Source: Eledone cirrhosa
Lineage: Eukaryota
Assembly (NCBI GenBank): GCA_964016885.1
Contig: OZ024744.1
Coordinates: 8,680,001-8,744,000, forward strand
Direction of reading: 5' to 3'
DNA length: 64,000 bases
Positions 55,210 through 64,000 of the stretch are shown piece after piece. The stretch's first letter is position 1. Every line of letters begins with the position of its first letter. The notes beneath the pieces were generated by a model. It saw nothing but the letters and a program-made list of their open reading frames with translations, was not told where the DNA came from and made no database searches. The translations under genes were made by a program, and so were the position numbers.

Positions 55210-57931
55210 TTGAATTAGTATGGTATAGACAAGTACATATGTTGTTTAGGTGTATGATATTGTCAATACTCTGATATGCCCAGTTCCTTGTTGGGTTGTT
55301 AATTCACTGGGGAACTGGAGTCATATGAATTCAAACAAACGAATTTTAGTGTCACAGGTCCCCTTCTCCTCTCATTGGTCAGTTATTAGTGTTGTCATTG
55401 TTGGAGTTAGCTTAAAAATTGCTAAAATGGTAGAAGGGACAAGGTGTTGAAGGAACAAAATATCAAAAAATGTGTCAAACTTCCCATTGTTCAGTTCTGA
55501 GAGCATTCCTCAGTCAGAAGTCTATAGAATTCTTTCTGGGGTGAGGCTCCCTGTAGTGTTTATGCCTGCTATTGTTCAGTACATTTGACCTCCACCATTA
55601 TTTTGGTACTGTTGTTGTTGTAGTGGTCAGCTTATATCTTGCTGCTGCTAACAATTTAGAAGTATTCAGTTTGTGTTTTCTCTTCATCCCACCCGCCACC
55701 ATCGTAGTGGTGGTGGCGGGGGGGGGGGGGGGGTTATTTCATGTATATGAAGAAATATAAGGCAATAAATGAAGAAAACAGAAGATAAATAAATAATATA
55801 ATAAAATAAAATAATTAATATAATTTGTGTAATTTGAAAATAAATAAATAAATAGAGAATAAAGAATAAAGAGTAAATGAGAGATTGGTGAAAAAGTAAT
55901 GATAATGTATATGGAGAAGTGAGAAATAATGTAGGATAAAGTGTGTGTGTGTGCTATAACCAATCTCAAGGTCAGACTATGTTGGATAGATTGGTATGAT
56001 ACAAGATGTTAAGATGAGATATTCAATGTGTTTGTGTTATAATCTATCTCAACTTAAAATAAATATAAATATAAGGTTATACAGTGAAGAGGGCAGAAAA
56101 CAAATAACAAATTAATATAGAGAAATCAAGATTTAAGATTGGAACTTTAAAGTCAGAAATCTGGTAAATTAAAAGTGTTTGTGTTATAGATGTTGGCCAG
56201 ATTATTATGGCTGTGTCCGATTCTGTCTCTAGGCTATCATGGTGTCTGCTCCGCCTGGGTTGTTCCCTATGGCTTGAGGGGAGTTCACAACCTAGGGTGT
56301 TGTAATTGTCCATATAGCTTGAGGGAGGTCTGGCCGAGAGGTGTTTTCATGTTCTGTAGAAGTCCCTATAGCTTGAGGGGAGTTCACATCTTCTTGTGTT
56401 GCTACTGTCCATATATTTTGAGAAAGGTCCCGGCTCTAAGGTGTCTGCATGTCCCGAAGAAGTCGGTTCTGAGGTTTATCAGGCCGCTTCCACCTCTTAG
56501 TATCTCGACCTGATCTGGAAGCTTAAGCTGGACAGGACCCCATACTCTCTGGCCTGGTACATAATCAGGAAAGTACCACCCGATAAAGGGGGATCTTGCA
56601 TATGCAAACTATGCCTGAACGAGACCCTCGAGATACTAAGAGGTGGAAGCGGCCTGATAAACCTCAGAACCGACTTCTTCGGGACATGCAGACACCTTAG
56701 AGCCGGGACCTTTCTCAAAATATATGGACAGTAGCAACACAAGAAGATGTGAACTCCTCTCAAGCTATAGGGACTTCTACAGAACATGAAAACACCTCTC
56801 GGCCAGACCTCCCTCAAGCTATATGGACAATTACAACACCCTAGGTTGTGAACTCCCCTCAAGCCATAGGGAACAACCCAGGCGGAGCAGACACCATGAT
56901 AGCCTAGAGACAGAATCGGACACAGCCATAATAATCTGGCCAACATCTATAACACAAACACTTTTAATTTACCAGATTTCTGACTTTAAAGTTCCAATCT
57001 TAAATCTTGATTTCTCTATATTAATTTGTTATTTGTTTTCTGCCCTCTTCACTGTATAACCTTATATTTATATTTATTTTAAGTTGAGATAGATTATAAC
57101 ACAAACACATTGAATATCTCATCTTAACATCTTGTATCATACCAATCTATCCAACATATTCTGACCTTGAGATTGGTTATAGCACACACACACACACACT
57201 TTATCCTACATTATTTCTCACTTCTCCATATACATTATCATTACTTTTTCACCAATCTCTCATTTACTCTTTATTCTTTATTCTCTATTTATTTATTTAT
57301 TTTCAAATTACACAAATTATATTAATTATTTTATTTTATTATATTATTTATTTATCTTCTGTTTTCTTCATTTATTGCCTTATATTTCTTCATATACATG
57401 AAATAACCCCCCCCTCCCCCCCCGCCACCACCACTACGATGGTGGCGGGTGGGATGAAGAGAAAACACAAACTGAATACTTCTAAATTGTTAGCAGCAGC
57501 AAGATATAAGCTGACCACTACAACAACAACAGTACCAAAATAATGGTGGAGGTCAAATGTACTGAACAATAGCAGGCATAAACACTACAGGGAGCCTCAC
57601 CCCAGAAAGAATTCTATAGACTTCTGACTGAGGAATGCTCTCAGAACTGAACAATGGGAAGTTTGACACATTTTTTGATATTTTGTTCCTTCAACACCTT
57701 GTCCCTTCTACCATTTTATCAATTTTTAAGCTAACTCCAACAATGACAACATTAATAACTGACCAATGAGAGGAGAAGGGGACCTGTGACACTAAAATTC
57801 GTTTGTTTGAATTCATATGACTCCAGTTCCCCAGTGAATTAACAACCCAACAAGGAACTGGGCATATCAGAGTATTGACAATATCATACACCTAAACAAC
57901 ATATGTACTTGTCTATACCATACTAATTCAA

Positions 57932-57986
57932 ACTGCCTGAAGAGGTCACAGCCAAAGATGGCTGTCACTGAAATATATATAGCAGT
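57932..57986 (+). ncRNA. Hammerhead ribozyme in 5' pLTR
   Basis: ACTGC CTGAAGA GGTC ACAGCCA-AAGA-TGGCTGT CACT GAAA TATATA TA GCAGT then AATAAA. Confidence 0.85.
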
Positions 57987-58188
57987 AATAAACGAAGCTA
58001 AATTTTAATCATTTGACTTTTATTTAACTTTATTTTACACTACTCCGGAGTAACCAAACCAACCTGCGCACTTCGTCGAGTGCTCCAGCCTGCATACTGA
58101 GGTGTTGGTATACAACCAACATAAACTCAAAATCTATCTAGCTCCCACACGGGTTGAGCGCTTCAAACAGTAGCGGACCTAAGTCACT

Positions 58189-60866
58189 ATGGATAAACTG
58201 GCAACCTTAGCGTCACTGAAGGACATCCCCCTACCTGATAAACGAGAATACACCAGTGATCTCATCAAGAGTACGGACTCCCTCATCCGTAGGATGAGAT
58301 GGAAGGCGTTCCACTTCGAAAGAGGAACGCTGAAAACTACAAACACAGAAAACATGGAGTACCTTTTTCGATCAAGGAGGAATCCCCCCCATAACAGACT
58401 AATGGAGGAGTTTGAAAACGAGATGATTAACATCATATCCAACCTCAAATTCTCCGGAAACCCAACCAGAAGTCAGGAGTACCTCAGACACCTGAGAAAC
58501 CGGATTACAGTACTTAAAGGGACAACTGGAATACTTGTCCATGCTGACAAAACAAACAACCTCTACAACATGAACACTGAACTGTACAATAAGCTAATCC
58601 TCAGGGAACTGAGGAAGTGCTACAAAAAAACACCTGGATTTACCCTGGATGAGATCAATGCCACAGCTTACAGGATTATATCCAGAATCGGCATAGAGGA
58701 CAGGACGGCCCCATACCAACCAAGGGAGCCGCGGATTACCCTTAAAGACCACAAGTCAAACTTTGAGTCCGACCTCCCTGTCAGACTAATAGCCCCCTCC
58801 AGATCTGACCTAGGGATCGTCAGTAAAAGAATACTGGATAGGATTTTGCCCAAGCTTCGGAAAAAAACCAAATTACAGCAATGGTCATGCACGAGAGAAG
58901 TAATAGAATGGTTCAAAATACTGCAGGAGAAAAGTAGGACCAGCTTTATACAACTGGACATCGCAAGCTACTACTCCTCAATCTCACCCATAGTACATAA
59001 TAAGGCCCTATTTTTAGCGATGTCCAATACGGACCTAACCCGAGAGGAGGTGAGCATCATCCACGCCGCAAGAAAGACCTTAATCCGCTTCGATGGAGAC
59101 ATGTGGACCAGGAGTGATTGGCCAAATAACTTTGACATCACGATGGGCTCCAGCGACTCAGCGCAGGTAACGGACCTGGTTGGGCTCTACCTGCTGAAGC
59201 AGATAAAAGATGAAATCCCCTGCCTGGGCGGCGGATTATATCGTGACGATGCTCTATTCACAGTACATGACCACAGCACCAATATGTTGGAGGGTATGAG
59301 GAGGCGTATTCGCCATTTCTTTAAGAACCAGGGGCTCAGCATAGAAATAGACCCAAATAGGAAGGTAGTTAACTTCCTAGACACCACCCTAAACCTGAAC
59401 ACCGAGCAATACTACCCCTACCACAAGCCCAACGAGAAACTAGTATATGTTAACGCCAAATCAAACCACCCTAGATCCATAACCAAGGCAGTGGTGAAGA
59501 GTGTCTCGGACAGGATCTCCAGCCTGTCCGCAAGTAAGGAAATATTCAACAACCACGCGGAATATTACAACGCAGCTCTAAAGAAGGCGGCACATGGACA
59601 AAATATAACATATAGTCCGAAAAGCCGGGAGGTGGATAGCCCAACAGACACCCACAACCGCGTTACCAGAGGGGGGAGGGCGAACCCTAACAATACAGGC
59701 AGAGCAAAATCAAATAGGCACCATGTACCAGACACCACCACACGGGCGGTGGGGACTAGTGCGCTTGACCACGAGATGGAGCACAATATGAGTAGCAGTC
59801 TCAGGCGTGATGCTAACTACCCCAGGACGGACAACCCCAACCGCAGGACACGTGGGGGGGAGGAAACGGGCGACCACTCCACGATGGATCTCCCGGGGCA
59901 GACAACAACCACCCCACAAATCCGGGCCGTGAAGATAACAGAAAGTATAGAGCCCAAAAGGGAAGCAACAGTGCGGAAACCACCAGCAAACCAACAAATC
60001 TCCAACAAATCACGAAGCCCCCAACCCACACATATAGGAGGAGACACCGACAAATCACGTGGTACAACCCACCCTACTCAGCGGCCCTAAAGAAAAGCTT
60101 GGCCCGATTGTTCTTTGGAGCACTTGACAAATGCTTCCCGAGGGACCACAGATACCACAGGATCTTCAACAGACACACTGTGAAGCTTTCGTATTCCACC
60201 ACGAGAAATTTGGCCCAACACATAGCTAGCATCAACAGAAGTAGGCTTAAAAACCACACACAACCAGAAGATGGCAATACAAACACTCAGCAGAACCATG
60301 TGAAAGGAGGGCAGGGGGGACCCAGAGCCCACCCAAGAAACACAAACAGACCCAAGGACCCTCCACCGAGCATGGGGGAAGACCAACATGTAACACATAA
60401 TGAGAACCCTAATCTAAGCACGCAGAGGCCGCCCACCCTCTACAACTGTAGAAACCCCGAATCATGCCCCCTTGCTAATGAATGTCTCAAGAAGAACATA
60501 GTGTACGGTTGTAGGGTTAAAACCCCCAACTCCGAACACCTCTACATAGGAGCCACATCAACGAGCTTTAAGGACCGCTGGTACAACCATCGCCATTCAT
60601 TCAAGAAGGAGGCCAAAAGGAAAAGCACAGCTCTCTCCGACCTGATCTGGAAGCTTAAGCTGGACAGGACCCCATACTCTCTGGCCTGGTACATAATCAG
60701 GAAAGTACCACCCGATAAAGGGGGATCTTGCATATGCAAACTATGCCTGAACGAGACCCTCGAGATACTAAGAGGTGGAAGCGGCCTGATAAACCTCAGA
60801 ACCGACTTCTTCGGGACATGCAGACACCTTAGAGCCGGGACCTTTCTCAAAATATATGGACAGTAG
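58189..60866 (+). CDS. PLE polyprotein (RT plus GIY-YIG endonuclease plus C-terminal CxxC...CRH), split by one frameshift between 59817 and 60040
   Basis: SLKDIP, RRMRWKA, ADKTNN, LDIASYY, MGS, GLYRDD, NFLDTT; second frame RRRHRQITWYNPPYS...IFNRHTVKLSYS, NIVY...YIGAT..FKDRWYNH, CKLC...CRH. Confidence 0.9.
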
Positions 60867-62066
60867 CAACACAAGAAGATGTGAACTCCCCTCAAGCTAT
60901 AGGGACTTCTACAGAACATGAAAACACCTCTCGGCCAGACCTCCCTCAAGCTATATGGACAATTACAACACCCTAGGTTGTGAACTCCCCTCAAGCCATA
61001 GGGAACAACCCAGGCGGAGCAGACACCATGATAGCCTAGAGACAGAATCGGACACAGCCATAATAATCTGGCCAACATCTATAACACAAACACTTTTAAT
61101 TTACCAGATTTCTGACTTTAAAGTTCCAATCTTAAATCTTGATTTCTCTATATTAATTTGTTATTTGTTTTCTGCCCTCTTCACTGTATAACCTTATATT
61201 TATATTTATTTTAAGTTGAGATAGATTATAACACAAACACATTGAATATCTCATCTTAACATCTTGTATCATACCAATCTATCCAACATATTCTGACCTT
61301 GAGATTGGTTATAGCACACACACACACACACACTTTATCCTACATTATTTCTCACTTCTCCATATACATTATCATTACTTTTTCACCAATCTCTCATTTA
61401 CTCTTTATTCTTTATTCTCTATTTATTTATTTATTTTCAAATTACACAAATTATATTAATTATTTTATTTTATTATATTATTTATTTATCTTCTGTTTTC
61501 TTCATTTATTGCCTTATATTTCTTCATATACATGAAATAACCCCCCCCCCCCCCCCCCGCCACCACCACTACGATGGTGGCGGGTGGGAAGAAGAGAAAA
61601 CACAAACTGAATACTTCTAAATTGTTAGCAGCAGCAAGATATAAGCTGACCACTACAACAACAACAGTACCAAAATAATGGTGGAGGTCAAATGTACTGA
61701 ACAATAGCAGGCATAAACACTACAGGGAGCCTCACCCCAGAAAGAATTCTATAGACTTCTGACTGAGGAATGCTCTCAGAACTGAACAATGGGAAGTTTG
61801 ACACATTTTTTGATATTTTGTTCCTTCAACACCTTGTCCCTTCTACCATTTTATCAATTTTTAAGCTAACTCCAACAATGACAATACTAATAACTGACCA
61901 ATGAGAGGAGAAGGGGACCTGTGACACTAAAATTCGTTTGTTTGAATTCATATGACTCCAGTTCCCCAGTGAATTAACAACCCAACAAGGAACTGGGCAT
62001 ATCAGAGTATTGACAATATCATACACCTAAACAACATATGTACTTGTCTATACCATACTAATTCAA

Positions 62067-62121
62067 ACTGCCTGAAGAGGTCACAGCCAAAGATGGCTGT
62101 CACTGAAATATATATAGCAGT
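62067..62121 (+). ncRNA. Hammerhead ribozyme in 3' pLTR
   Basis: Identical to 57932-57986. Confidence 0.85.
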
Positions 62122-62165
62122 AATAAACGAAGCTAAATTTTAATCATTTGACTTTTATTTAACTT

Positions 62166-62228
<63 letters not shown>

Positions 62229-62634
62229 TCTATAAACCTTACAACAACGCCAGATACACAGACTGATGCCGCTAAAAATGCTATTTACTAATTGATGTAA
62301 CTAGTTGACCACTACACCTGGTTCTCAGAATCGACGATATCAGGTTGTTGACATTCACCAGTAGTGACTGACTGACCTGAACCGACCAATGGAAGACAAT
62401 TATAAAATGCTCTGCAACACACGGCCATCTTCCATTCTTTATTCAGAGCTCAACTGAGGAACTATGTGTGTTTAGGTCTAAGAAATCACTGGTAATGCAC
62501 AAATAAATCAAATTGATGATATCAACTTGACTGTATATGATCATTTCTCTTTCCAGTCATTTACTCTTAACTATGCGTATATATATACATAGACACACAT
62601 ACACACACACATACACACACCTATATACCTACCT

Positions 62635-62669
<35 letters not shown>

Positions 62670-63079
62670 CATGAATATATATATATATGTATATACATGT
62701 GTATGTATATATGTACACAGACACACGTACTCACGCACAAACACACATATATATAAACATGTGTGTGTGTGTGTGTGTGTGTACATATATACATATGTAT
62801 ATATATATACATATTCATGAATATATATGTATGTATGTGTGTATACACACATACACACACACACACATATATATACATGTCAATGTATGTATATGTATGT
62901 GTATGAACCTTCTATATATAAAATAAAACTCTATCTGCGCTTCTTCTCTCAGTCTTTCTGATAGCAAAATAAACTGAATCAATGTAGACATGAATGGAAA
63001 TCTTTCAGATGTAAATCCAGCCGTAGAGAAATCATTCTAAACTACAGATTTTAAACATAAAAAAAGTAAAAAGGCGCCA

Positions 63080-64000
63080 TTGTCCGTACTCATGAAAATA
63101 AGATAAATGCACATGATAGGTTAACTATGGCTCATAGTCTCTGTATTAAATTTGGGATAAATGTATGGTCGCGCCATTAAATAGCAGACAACCTAGAAGA
63201 CAAATAACTAATGCAGGCCGTGAAATGAGGGCTCGGCTGTCGTGAGGAAATATTTTTTCCGTACTCATGAAAATAAGATAAATGCACATTAAAGGGTTAA
63301 CGATGGCTCATAATCTCTTCATTAAATTTGGAATAAATGTATGGTCGCGTCATTAAATAGCAGACAACCTAGAAGACAAATAATTAAGCATGATGTGAAA
63401 TGAGGGCTCGGATGGCGCGAGGAAATATATTTTCTGTACTCATGAAAATAAGATAAATGCACATCAAAAGGCTAACGATGGCTCATACTCTCTGTATTAA
63501 ATTTGGAATATATGTATGGTCAGGCCATTATAAAACAGACAATCTAGGAGACAAATAAGTAATGCATGATAGAATGAGGGCTCGGCTGTCATGAGGAAAT
63601 ATATTTTCCGTACTCATGAAAATAAGATAAATGCACATTAAAGGGTTAACGATGGCTCATAATCTCTTCATTTTATTTGGAATAAATGTATGGTCGCGCC
63701 ATTAAATAGCAGACAACCTAGAAGACAAATAATTTATGCATGATGTGAAATGAGGGCTCGGATGGCGGGAGGAAATATATTTTCATAAGAAAATAAGATA
63801 AATGCACATCAAAAGGCTAACGATAGTTCATAATCTCTGTATTAAATTTAGAATAAATGTATGGTCGCGCCATTAAATAGCAGACAACCTAGAAGACAAA
63901 TAACTAATATATGATGTGAAATGAGTGCTCGGCTGTCGTCTGGAAATATATGTTCTGTACTCATGAAAATAAGATAAATACACATCAAAAGGCTAACGAT
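63080..64000. repeat. Tandem satellite, ~175-bp monomer, at least 5 copies, continuing past the window
   Basis: GTACTCATGAAAATAAGATAAATGCACAT recurs near 63086, 63261, 63436, 63610, 63783 (variant) and 63957. Confidence 0.92.

Larger units (their letters stand above)
55012..62170 (+). mobile_element. Naiad-type Penelope-like retroelement, near intact: inverted pLTR (55012-56508), 5' pLTR (56506-58035), ORF, 3' pLTR (60638-62170)
   Basis: Three near-identical ~1.5-kb repeats in the classic PLE arrangement; inserted in (TA)n; RT plus GIY-YIG ORF. Confidence 0.95.

Noticed and set aside
56190-57059. Repeated ORFs MLARLLWLCP..., MDNYNTLGCE..., MYDIVNTLIC... as a multigene family
   Set aside because: Incidental frames within the three pLTR copies.
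57620-57670. Second hammerhead in the pLTR (CTGAGGA at ~57628); similarly CTGAGGA at ~62455
   Set aside because: No stem II closed by GAAA with matching stem I.
63080-64000. CRISPR-like array
   Set aside because: Whole monomers repeat with no unique spacers; eukaryotic context, no cas genes.

Overview
Eukaryotic, AT- and microsatellite-rich, gene-free repeat DNA. The tRNA-derived SINE resembles octopus/cephalopod SINEs, so a cephalopod-like host is an inference. No host gene, rRNA, tRNA or CRISPR array is supportable. Bases 1-34 kb are a nest of non-LTR retrotransposons joined by (ATT)n/(AAT)n tracts: two Tx1/L1-type families (ORF1 CCHC knuckle; ORF2 APE-RT-Zn), three R4/Dong-type families (RT plus restriction-like endonuclease) and a SINE, each with a fixed orientation relative to the microsatellite strand. 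Bases 34-62 kb are a (TA)n-associated zone of Penelope-like elements: a near-intact Naiad-type PLE with inverted plus direct pseudo-LTRs, a decayed Naiad, a Neptune-type and a Penelope-type fragment, and many fold-back modules carrying minimal hammerhead ribozyme motifs, plus one RTE fragment. A ~175-bp satellite with alternating A/B units ends the window. Most notable: a candidate 52-nt GT-AG intron that would fuse Tx1 ORF1 in frame to ORF2, the strand rule of microsatellite targeting, the hammerhead-bearing hairpins, and a chimeric inverted duplication. Coordinates were read by eye and may be off by a few bases.
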